Part shown: piece by piece, positions 47,881-58,925 of the stretch
How the letters are laid out: every line of letters begins with the position of its first letter
Numbering within the stretch: position 1 is the first letter of the stretch
NCBI GenBank assembly: GCA_036172245.1
Contig: JAYWIR010000002.1
Location: forward strand, 2,232,001-2,296,000
From: Raillietiella orientalis
Taxonomy: Eukaryota
DNA length: 64,000 nucleotides
Direction of reading: 5' to 3'
Made by a program: the position numbers and the translations under genes
Notes under the pieces: model-generated
The model's input: the letters and a program-made list of their open reading frames with translations, nothing else
Databases searched by the model: none
Told to the model about the DNA's origin: nothing

Positions 47881-50800
47881 GTGATGGCGGCGGAAGAGGC
47901 TCGGGAGGAAGAAGTCGTTTCCCAGGTGGTGCAGTGGTCATCTCCTGTCGGGCGGTCGGCAGCAAGGGAAAGGCCACGCCCTTTTCCTGAAGGAATGGGA
48001 AGAGAAGAAAGAGGGAGCGTCGGTGATGCAAGAGGAAGTGCATGGGGCCTGGGATCGAACTCTTTGAGCAGAGTTGCTCATCCCAGGACCCGCGTGCGTA
48101 GGACCCATTCCAGACCCCCCCTCCGGTCCCACGACCCTACGATTTGCTTTCAGTCCTCAGGACAGAGCGCCTGCTGTCGGTTCTTTCGTCTGGCAAGTGG
48201 GTCAGGCAGGCTCCCGGGACAGCCCCCCTACTCTCCCTGATAGTGACCAGATAGTCGCGCCAATTGGGGAGTGGAAGGGGGAGAAGTAGCCGTCCGCGGG
48301 GCGCAACGGCCGGCGACGAGCCCGCCAGCCGATCTGTTTGGATCAAACTCCTTCCCGCGTCCCCGGAACCAAACGGTGCCTAAAGGGAGACTTTTTTGCC
48401 CCTCGTCCAGGGGGTGTGTATGCTGCTAACAGGAGGAGAGCGTCCCGCTGCGGGGCAGACGACCGCGTTCCTTCCCCTTGCGTCCCGCGCTCCACCTCGC
48501 ACCTCCGGGCTCCACATCAGCTCCTACTGCGATCCCCGTCCCGAGGAGCGTCTTCCGTGAGGTGAAGGGGAAGGATTGTCAGGGCCAGCTGAGGCGAGGG
48601 AGGAGCTGGAGGAATGCTGCGAAATTTCGGATGAACTCACGGAAAAGGGGAGCCGCGGAAACCGTTCCCCTCCTCTTCGGCCATCCCTCCCCCTTCCGTT
48701 CCCCAGCTGGCACCGGAGTCGGGATATCAAGGGAAGGGGAGGGACTGGTTTTCCCAGCTCCGGATGGGCTGACGGAGCAGGGGTGCATCCCTACGCCGCC
48801 ACGCCTTCTCTTATCCCCCACCCCTGCCCCCTTATGGCCGTCGCCTGCCGCCCACACGGCCAACATGGCCGTGAGCTCGAGTCGCCGGTGCTGCTGCGCT
48901 CCCACGGAATCCCGTGCGCTGACTGTCCCGGCAGGAAATGGGAAGGAAAAGGGGCACGGGGAACCGAGGAGAGAAAGAAGAGAGCGGAAGTAACGTCTGC
49001 TTCTGCTGCTGCATCCGCGTGTCTCAAGGCAACAGCAGGTGTGACCTGATGGCGGTCTCGGCCGCTCGGCGACGTTGGGGCGACCGACGCCTCTCTGAGG
49101 CACGCGAGCGACCTCCCTCGGGGCTGCACCGTCCGCCGCCGAGTACTTGTCAAGCCGTGCCGTATCCGGCCGCTCCGCAGCTTCCGGCGGAGCCTGGACG
49201 GCGGGTCTAGCCTTCCGGGAAGCGGCGTCCTCATGCACGGCATGGGGACGGGAGAGCCAACGGATTGCACGCACCTGTCCTCACGAAGCGAGCCCGTAGC
49301 AACGCGCGTGCGCAACGAGAGCGGCTCCTGCTTGCACTCGAGCGTATGTGCGTGAGCGGGAGCGAGTGCCTCGTCTCCGAGACTGCTCATCTGCCTCCTG
49401 GCCCGGTGGCCCGCAGGAAGCGCTCGACGGCGGGCACCAGCGCGCACGGAGCAGCGAAGGGGGAAGGGGAAGAGGAACGAGGAAAGGAGGGACCCAAACG
49501 AGATGGGGCAGGTGCCGTTCGGACGACGGGACAAACTGGTAACCGCCCGGTCGTGCGCGCAGGAAGCTGGCCCCCGTTTGGGGAAAAGAGGAGCTGAGAA
49601 GATCCTAAGCAGGGAGAGATCCCTCGGGAAGAGGGGGAGAAGCTCTTTGCTTCTCCCTGCGCATGCGCTCGTGTCCAATGGATCACGGGGAAGGGGGACG
49701 AAGGCACAGGGATCGTCTTCAAAGGTGGCCGCGAGTTCTGGCGGGCTCTTCGACCTGCTCCCGCAAAGCCGGCCAACAGGAAGGAGAAAGGGGGACAATT
49801 GTGAAAACGGAGAAGGAGCGCGCTCGGACAAAAATCCCTCGGCTGGACGAACCCCAATGAACGCCGCTGGTGGGCGAGATGCTGAGGAGGAAAGAGACGG
49901 AGCATCCCTTCATGACCCCCTCCCTTCCTGTCCTTGTCCTTCGGAGCTCGTTCGTCCGCCAACTGAAGGCAGCGCACCTTTCGGAAAAGGGAAAGACTTC
50001 AGGAGCGGTTCGTTCCGGAGAACCAACGCACTGTTCACAAGGACAGGTGGGCACCAGCGCACAGTGGAGGGCAAGCACGAGAAGGGAGGAGGAGAAAGAA
50101 GGGGGGAAGGAGGAGGAGCAGAAGGAAGAGGAGGGAGGGACGAAAAGAACGAGAGGAAGAGCAAAGGAGCAAGGGTAGGAGAGATCCCACGTGCAACAGG
50201 GTCACATCCCTTCTGCCGCTCATTGGATTCCCAAAGCTCTGCCTGAAGGAAGGGTGTGGAGAGGGGGTCGTGGGCTTTGTTTGAAGTTCCCACTCATCTC
50301 CCTGGAAGGGAAATGCTGCCTCAGCACCCTACCGCCGAGTCAGAAGGAATGGAGGTCCACACCAGGCGGTGAGCACTGCCAGGTAGAACCACGCTGGTGC
50401 CACGAGACGGGCAAAACACGAAACGCGTTCGAGACTGCTGCCTTTCAAGGGCTCTATCCCATCCAGCCATGCCACTGGCCGCCGGCCACACCACCCACGC
50501 AGCTCATACCCGTCACACACCTCACCGTTCGAGACAACCGCACTCGCGTTGTTCCGACACGTCACGCTTCCGCGTCCTCGATCGCGTCGAACAGGCCGAC
50601 TACGTCATCCTTTCTGAAAGCGTCGGCTGCCAGGCGACGGTGCGTGCGATCCCCCGGCGCGCTGGCTCCTAGCTCTGATCGCTTGCGCTCCAATTAAATT
50701 GCACGACTGTGCGCACTGCGTCCGGTTCCAGTTTGTAGTGTACAGCATGGAGTATGTACAGTACGCAGGATGGCCCGTGCGCGATTCCGATTTGGGAGCA

Positions 50801-53099
50801 TCCCTTTCGGGAGATGCTCGAGGGGGACCAGAGCTGTGACGGCCCCCCTCTCAGAGCTGCACGGATTCGTCGCGAGGCACCTGCGGGGCGCGTTTCTGCA
50901 CCGAGAGTGATCTCCTGGCTTTACCCTAGCCAGTCCGCTCGACCCGCTTGCCGCCCGCTCTGTGTGCCTGGTCGGAGGGGCCCACGGGATAGGTTCGCCA
51001 CGGGACGGAATCCCAGCCAGCTCCTTCGCCCTCCTTGGGGGAGCACATTCCGGCGAGCAGGGCAGCGCAGGAGACCTGACCCTCCCTCCTCGGGACTGAG
51101 GAAAATCCTCGGGGTCCTCCCGAGGCGAATCCTGCGACAGCCCCGTCGGCGGCTGCGGGGGGAGGGGGAGGCAGGCGGCCCCGAAGAGGGTCAGCAGGAG
51201 ATCGGAACCCCCCGGCTCCCCGCGAGGTTTACCGCGCCGCTCTCGAGGAGTGGGTGGCAAACTGCGTCCTGCCGTTTCCTTTTTGCACTTCGCTTCCCGG
51301 GCGCCGCATCCGCCGCCCTCGGGCGGGACCGCAGCATCCGAGCTCCAGACGCACGCGAGGCAGCGCGGCCCAAGCACTCTCCGAAGCTGAAGACGGCGCC
51401 TCACTGTCTTCTCGGGGAGCCCTGGAAGCGCGAGGATGGCTCCCCCTTCCGGTGGAGATTCGGGGAAACCCTCCAGGACTTCCTCGGAGCGAAGCTCCGG
51501 GCCAGCCGGAGCACCTGGCGGCAGTGCGGCACCCTCCGCAGGCCACCGCCGCCGCCTCCCAGAGGCTGCGGAGCAGAGGCGACCCTGCTGGCGACGCCTC
51601 CAGCGGCATCCGGCGACGGAGGCCTCTTCGTCGGCCCGTAGGGAAGGGGGGGGGGGGGGATGGAGAGCTGCTGGGAAGCGCACAGTACGTTGCATCCTAG
51701 CAGACCCAGAAGAGACCCCGAGAGGGCTGCATCGGATGTCCGAGCCATCCGCTTATCTCGAGTCTTTGAAGTCCCGGAGAGGTCGAGCGAGGCTGCGGCG
51801 GCAAGGGGCACGAAGGGCATAACGCACAAAGTCTCTCTATTCTTCTCTCTCCCTTCTTCTCTCTCCCTCCCCTCTTTTCCCTCATTCTGCTCACCGAGTT
51901 TGCTGATCCCCGGCGGAGGCAAGCCGCTTGTTGACGGACGGTTGCCATGGCGCCGAAACCAGCAACCGTTCCGCCAGGCAGCTCGCTGCTGCCTTTCTCC
52001 CGGCACGATCCGCTCTCGGCTCGATGGACGTCCCTCGGTGCGCGGCGGTCTTTGTGGTCATCCGGCACGAGCGCATGCTGGGCGAAAGCCTTCGAAGCAC
52101 GGTTGTGGTGCCCTCTGATCCCTCCTCGCGAGCGCCGCCTCGAAAAGCCCAACACTCCGCAGAGGAAGTGCGCAAAACTTTCCCCCGCACCTTCCCCCCC
52201 CCTCCCGTTCCATTAACCGTCGTCTCCGTGGAGACGGGAGAGAGGAAAGGGAAGGAGGAGAGGCGAGAGTTCCTCTCGGAAGAGAGAGGGAGGGGAAAGC
52301 CCCTGTGCTCGGACACGTAGATGCCCCGCCCACCACGCTTCCAGGTTTTCTCGAAACGCGCGGGTTCCTCTTTGCCTGCCTGCGGGCCCCGCACGCAACG
52401 GGAGGAGAAATGCACGCCCTCCCGGGATGCGGTCGCCGAGGACCAAACCCGCGCGTCTCCGAGGAAGGAGCAGGAGCATCCCAGGAGAACCTCATCAGTC
52501 AGTGGACTGAAGAGCGCGCGCACTTCGGGAAGCTTTCGCTGACTTCAAGCGGCGTCTCCGGAGCGGAGACGAAGAGGAAAAGAAGCTGAAGAGGAGCTGC
52601 TGCTAGCGAGCGAGCGGAGGTCCCCCGGTTGCGAAGGAGGGGAGCGGTGCCAATTTTCCAGCCACACTTGCTTTCCCCCCTTTCCGACCCTCCCTTCCTA
52701 GCAGTCCCGAGGTCAGCAGGCGACGGACAAGACAGGAAGCGGAAGCTCCTGGACCGACCGCACAAGTCGCCCTGTCCCTCTATCCCTGGTGGGCGGGGCG
52801 AGTTCCTCGTGAGCGCGCACGGGTGGCGGCTGCGGAACCGCGGGGTGCTGCTGTCTCCCCAACCCCCTCCCTAGGCCGGCCCTCGAGACCAGCGTTCCTT
52901 CCGCGCCTCCCGCCCGGTCGCTAATGGCGTCCGACGGTGACGCCGCGGCGTTTTATCAGGACGTCCCTACTCTTCCCTGTAGGGTCACCGAAAAAAAACA
53001 AAAAAAAAAACCAACTCTTCCGAAGGCAGACAGGGACTCCTTTCCTGCCGGTGGCAAAACTCCAGACCAGGGTCAGCAGCGCGAGTGACCGGGGCGTGA

Positions 53100-53320
53100 G
53101 CGGCGGAGAGCAGTCCGACAGCCACTCCTCGGAGGGAGCTCGCATGCGGCAGGGGACGCGTCTCTGACCCCTTCCCCCGTAGGGCAGTTCTCGCCGTTCT
53201 GCATCCAACTGTCGCTCCCACAGAATGGTTCGCCACGCGGGAGGATGGACGCTCCCGGAGATGACGCGACGACCCTCTTCGAGCTCGCGGATACGTATGG
53301 TTGTGGAAAGGGGGGGGGGA
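53100..53320 (-). mobile_element. Short decayed LINE post-RT fragment
   Basis: WRTILWERQL...LPYGGRG..VPCRMRAPSEEWL (cf. I.W..L..P...GGLG...L..R..AL...WL). Confidence 0.45.
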
Positions 53321-53692
53321 TGCGAAGCGAGGGAGCAGGGGGGTCCAAGAGGCCGTGTCCTCGGGATCGAGCCGGAAACTACGTCCGCGTGAACGTAAAG
53401 AGGAAAGGAAGGTGGGGGGAGGGGGAACCGCAAGTCGCATTTCCTGTTGATTTATCGGTGCAGCTTGCGAGCCGCATGCCAATCTCCCGCTCCTCCCCCC
53501 CCTTCCCGTGCGTTTTCCTTCTCTCCCCGCCCCCGCTTCTTTTTCTTCCATTTGGAAAGGAAACTGCTCGCGGAAAAAAAAAATAAAATAAAAATGTTTT
53601 TGCAGTGCGGGGGAATTCCTCGTCCTCTTCCGCGCTTTTCCCTAAGTCCTCCTGCCTTCCCCCACTGCTTGACCCCCAATTTCTCGTTTCCC

Positions 53693-54013
53693 CCCGCTTC
53701 GTCTGGAAGGAAGGAACGGATCGTGCCGAGATGCGGGGAGAAAACAGCGCGGGGGAAGCATCATCAGCATCAAATCAGAAAATGTCTCCGCCTCCACGGG
53801 TGCTCAACAATGAAGCGATCAGTGCGTCACCCGTCACATTGTTAGACGGCGGGCGAAACGTGATTGGCCGATCGAAACCGCTTTCCGTTTACCGTGAAAA
53901 GAGGAGAAAGGAAATCCGGGAGTTTAGGGAGGCGAGGGGGCCCGTTGACCGCTGGAGAAGGCAGGACGCGAATCGTAGGGGGAGGAGGGGGCGTCATCCA
54001 GGGAGGGAACCAG
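53693..54013. repeat. Left arm of 321-bp near-perfect inverted repeat
   Basis: Reverse complement of 55167-55487, with 3 substitutions found by eye. The ORF track shows near-identical translations (53605+ vs 54940-). Confidence 0.97.
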
Positions 54014-54074
54014 CGATGAGCTTTCCTTATCAAACAGAAGAATCAGAAGCTCTGACAGCTACTTGGCGTGGTTC

Positions 54075-54800
54075 GTCCCGCGGTTTGTTTGCACCCGGCC
54101 ACGCCAGGGCATTCATCGTAAAACAAAAAAACACGAAGAGAAAAAAAATTACAGCAAACAGCTAAGAAAAGAAGAGAAAGCAAAAGAGAAATGGGGCTGC
54201 AAATCCCACTGCAATTCTCAGAGGGGAGGGATCCTGCTCGCGAGCAGGCTGCCAAGCAAAGTCCGTACTGGGATATGTGGGAGAAGAGTAAAACAAAAAA
54301 AATGAAAACAAAATAAATAAATAAAGCATTGTAATCCCAAGTTTGGGGGGACAAGGGTAGGGATTGCAGTGGCATCCTCGGCACCCTTCCCAGGATGCCG
54401 GCGAGCACCGCGAATGCACGACGTCGCGACCCTCGCCGAGGAAACGGCGATCGGGCGCGCCTTCTCGGGGTGGCTTCAGACCACCAGAGCATCGCGGGAG
54501 CGGCGTGGACACGGCCCTGGCAGGCGGATGTGTCGGCACCGTGCATGGAGCGGGGCTGCGAAGCGTCCCTCGGACTGCCCGCGGGGAGAACTGCAGGGCC
54601 GTGGCGGAGCGTGTTCCACGCCCCGCCAACAGGTGCGGGAAGGTTTTCCCCCCTCTTCCCCCAGCACCGGCACAATTCCGAGCCGGAGCCTCCCTCCGTC
54701 CGGCCCAGGCGTCAGCGTGCGTGTCAAGGGATCGCCCGGTGCGCAGCCATGGCAACGCCGAGCCCTGCCAGCTTCGGGGGAAGCACGGAGCCGTGCGAAA
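54075..54800 (-). mobile_element. Diverged L1/Tx1-type LINE 3' end, copy 3, inside the inverted-repeat spacer
   Basis: Minus strand: RNC...GKTFPHLL (zinc-knuckle remnant), a T-rich UTR, cggactttgcttgg...gcaggatc and gatgaatgccctggcgtggccgggtg. These match the copy 1/2 UTR motifs ggacctcRctgg...gcaggtt and aataaaYgccccgg...ccgggtg. Confidence 0.6.
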
Positions 54801-55166
54801 ACCGCGGGGGACATCCGCGTGTTCCGTGAAAATTCCCGGAAGATCCGCCCAGGGGAGGAGTCATCTAGCGCGCAGAGGTCGAGGCGTCAGCAAGCTGACG
54901 TGCCGTCCAGAGTCCCGGTTTTCTTTTCCCCGCGACTTCTCAGGGGACTTCCCGTCTTGCCTGCTGGTAACTGCTTTTTTGTTGTCCCGCAAGGACAGCT
55001 CTGCGGTGGAAAAGTGGGGGAAGAGGAGTGACTGCAGCAGCCCATGTCCTCTTCTTGGCGTTTTCGGTGGCCCCCGCGACGAGCGTAATCGGCGAATCGC
55101 TCAGGTCTGCTGCAGCGGATTTCCCGCCATGTTCGAACTCTACGCATTTCCCCGCGTCCCGCGATC

Positions 55167-55487
55167 CTGGTTCCCTCTCTGGATGACGCCCCCTCCTTCC
55201 CCTACGATTCGCGTCCTGCCTTCTCCAGCGGTCAACGGGCCCCCTCGCCTCCCTAAACTCCCGGATTTCCTTTCTCCTCTTTTCACGGTAAACGGAAAGC
55301 GGTTTCGATCGGCCAATCACGTTTCGCCCGCCGTCTAACAATGTGACGGGTGACGCACTGATCGCTTCATTGTTGAGCACCCGTGGAGGCGGAGACATTT
55401 TCTGATTTGATGCTGATGATGCTCCCCCCGCGCTGTTTTCTCCCCGCATCTCGGCACGATCCGTTCCTTCCTTCCAGACGAAGCGGG
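55167..55487. repeat. Right arm of 321-bp near-perfect inverted repeat
   Basis: Reverse complement of 53693-54013; contains ggccaatcacgt and tgacgca motifs. Confidence 0.97.
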
Positions 55488-58400
55488 AGGAAACGGGAAA
55501 TCAGGAATCAAGTAAGGAGAGAGAGGGATTTTGAGGGGGGGGGGGAGGCAGGAGCTATGAGGAGGAAGGGAAAGAATTCTCTGCTGGCACGTTTGGCTCG
55601 TGCGCGCCAGAAGGAGACTCCAACCTCAGGTTCAGGGAAGCGCACAGGTACCCCCCTTGCCAATCAAGGGAATCTTGGCACGATCTCGGATCAGACCCGG
55701 AGCGCAAGAGACCTTCCGTGCGAGTGAGCAGCTCCAGGAAGAGGAGGCTCTCCTCTCCCGTATCAGATGTCACTCCGGGTTATTGCATTTGCATTTCATT
55801 CCCCCGCCGCCGCATTCCCCGTCTTCCTTGCAGCTCCTTGGTTTCCGGCGGGAGGAAGACCAAAACCCGCACCCGGGAGCGAGGCAGCCGTGGACGGTGG
55901 GCTCAGCGGGAAGTGACGGTTGCCCGGCGGGGAGCTGGACCCCTGGGAAGGGCGCTGTGATGCAACAGGACGTGGAGGAGTGGGGCGAGCGTTTTCTCAG
56001 CGGGCCCGCTATCGCAGCCTCGAAGCATTTCGCGAGCCCGTCCCAGGCCCAAAGATGGGAAACTCGGCTGGAAGGTGACGTTTATGAATGGCAGAAATTA
56101 TTGTGGGAAGAAGTGAATAAATATTACAGAAATACACAAGGACGTCTTGAGAGTCTGACATTCGGCAATTGATGAAATTCACCGGTACGTGGGATCGATT
56201 TCCGGAGACTGGAGACCCACTGTAGCGTGTGAATCAGCGTGAGAGAGAACCGCTGCGTTACGCGGGGCGCAGCGGCAGAGACCGCGCCGCTTCTCGGGCT
56301 CGGTGGAAACCACGCGCAGGCTGCCAAAACGGAAGGGGCGGCGGCTCTCGGGCGACGATTGCCAGACAGGAGCTTCCCCGTTGCTGCGAACGATGGGAGC
56401 AGCGATGAGGGAGACACGGCAGTCTCGAGGACTCCGGGAGTCTCTGCGAGCCTCTACCGGTTCAGCTACCCGGGATCCAGCGTGCCCGTTGCGGAGGGAT
56501 CATCGCGAAGAGAGGCAGCGGGTCATCTCTCGCTTCCGCGGATAGGGAAGAATTCCGGCAAAACTGGGAACGCTCCCGCGAGCCGCGTGGAGCGGTGCGC
56601 TGCCGGCCATCCCCCACCGTCAGCTGCGCCAACTTCCGACCGCGGCGGAGTTCCACCCCTTCCACACCCCCGCTTGCGTGCCTTGCCCTCTTCCTTGCAG
56701 GAGGGAAGCTCTCAAGTGTTCCTGCGGTCTCACGCCGTTCCGCAAGCCCCCCGCAGGCCGTGAGCCCATCCCATCTCCCCGCCAGGACAAGCTTTCCGGC
56801 AGGCGGTGAGGAGCCCCTTCGTCCCCATCGGAGAGGGACGCGCCTGCGCTGCCTGGAGGAAGGAAACTTGCCGTGCTTCCTTGCTCCGGGCCTCTCCCGA
56901 AGGTTCTCCGCGGACGGGAAAGGCCGGTCCTGGAACTCCTGTGGAGGAGATGCCCACTCCCGAACTTTTTTTATCTTCCTCGACGACCGAGGCTCCGCCT
57001 CCGCCGGTCCCCTTGTTTCCGCCCTTCTTCCTGAGAATCAGGTCCAAGTGAAGCACCAAGGGCTCCGCCGAAACGGTGAAGCAGCTCCGCGGACACGGCT
57101 GGATAGTCCTCGGCACACAGTCAACTGCATCCCGGGAGGAGCTCTACCATAGCAACGGTCTGGAGGATCACCTCCCTTTTCCAGCCCGTCGTCCTCTGAG
57201 TGCTCCCGCGGCCTCCCCGTGATGCTGCATCCCTCGGGGGCTCTACGGCGACTGTGGATGCTGCCGGAGAATAAGATGCCGCTCCGTTGCTCCCCTTCCC
57301 CGCTCGCCTTCCCGCCAGGGATTTCCCGGCGCTCCCCCTGACTCTGCGGGGGGCTGACCGCTGGGGAAGAAAAGACCGAGGGAAAGAGAGGACACACTCA
57401 CTCCTGGATCAGCTGTCTTGCCAAACGAGGGGACGGGCGCTCCCCGCTCGTCCGGCGGGTCTCTCTCTGTTCCTGCGGGATAGATCGTCGGGAGCAGAGA
57501 CGGCGGAGGCTCCTTTCTAAGAGACCTGCTCCCCCCCTCCTTCCCCCCTTTCCTGCTGCTTCCAGGCACCCAGGCAGCGAAGTCCCGATCTTCAGCGCCT
57601 TCCTTGGAGACCAGCGGGGGGCATCTTCCTGGGGTTCGCTCCGAAGGCGCCCTGGTGAAAGGCGAGGGCTTTTGGGAATGGAGGGGACGAGGTGCCCGGA
57701 AGATTCCTTAACAGCGAATCGACAGGGCTCCCAAGCGAGCCTTTTTTTCTTCTTCTTTTGCTTCCTCCTTCCTTTCCTTCTTCCCGTCGGCGTGGTCACG
57801 GGGGATTGTTAAACCTTACTGCTCGAGCGGGCGCGCGGAGGAGAGGAGACTTCTGGAGAGCTTCAGCACCGCATCCAAGCATCCGGGAACCTGGATCAGA
57901 GCTCCGGAAAGGAGGTTTGGCCGTTCCTCGTCAGAGCTCCGTGGACGGCAATGCATGCCTCTTCGCTCGGGAGCACGCGGGGCAGCGGCAACGAGCAGCG
58001 ATGCCTCGCGTGCCCTTCCCCTTTTTTTTGTCCCTCCCCCCTTCATTTCGTTTTCCCTACACATCTCCTCGGAACCCTTCCGTCTCTCCTGTTTTCTCCC
58101 CCCTCCTCCCCCCCCCCGTCGCACACCTGGATCTGTTCCTACCACACACACACACACACACCTCGCAGTCGTCCCCCCCTTCGCCGGCAGTTCCTCTGGC
58201 GACGAAGCATCTTCTGGAATCTCCCCTAGAGCTGCTTACCGCGTTCCCATTTCCAAGTCATTGCCAGAGTAGCCTTTCCTCCCCTTTCCCCTTCCCTCCC
58301 CATGCGATCGCACAGGAGCTTCCCTGAGGCTCCTCGGTCTCTCGATGTTCCGAAACAAACAGATGAGATGAGCACGCGTCTGAATTTTATTCCTTTAATA

Positions 58401-58644
58401 AAAGCAAAGGTACAGCGGGGAAAAAAGAAAGAAAACGCGTTCGACTGATCGATCCAGGCCAAACCAGCAGTTCGAGGAGGAAGAGGAGGAGAGGGGGAGG
58501 GGAGGGAGTGGAAAGTTTCACTTGCTTACCGAAACGAAAACAAAAGCAAAAATGTGTACAAATGGGCGTTCTTCTGGTAGGGGAAGAAGGGGGGGGGAGT
58601 GAAGGAGGGCCATGACCAAGCACAGAATACTTTCATAAAAATAG

Positions 58645-58925
58645 GTTTGCATTGTTCGACGATTAGGAGGCTGCCAGCAAAACACAGACATTGATATGTA
58701 ACGTTGCTTCGGTCGGTGTATCGTCATGGAAACCCAAGATTTACATAGATATACACATTACACGTATACACAGATATGTATGGTTGCTCCGATCTGCGGG
58801 ATCATTTAGGGAACGAGATATGTGAGTAGATATGCATTGTTGAGCTTCGATCCGTTTACGTTGCCGCCGTCGTCAGGGGAAACGTAAGGTCTGTATATTG
58901 ATATGCATTGTTGCGTCGATCAGCT
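58645..58925. repeat. Degenerate AT-rich minisatellite (4-5 units, 56-80 bp spacing)
   Basis: Core gatatgYa..gttg...cgRtc at 58693, 58773, 58829 and 58900, with a partial copy at about 58648. A second shared block tcgtca..ggaaac..aag.t occurs at about 58721 and 58870. Confidence 0.7.

Noticed and set aside
50754..51641. 295-aa ORF or LINE RT remnant (GLRKILGVL, WRFGETL)
   Set aside because: Resemblance to RT motifs is too weak to call, and there is no coding signature of a host gene.
55960..56172. Short protein-like ORF next to the inverted repeat (WETRLEGDVYEWQKLLWEEVNKYY)
   Set aside because: No recognisable family or supporting exons; it may be a TE remnant.
58645..58925. CRISPR array
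   Set aside because: Eukaryotic context, degenerate repeats, irregular and mutually similar spacers, and no cas genes.
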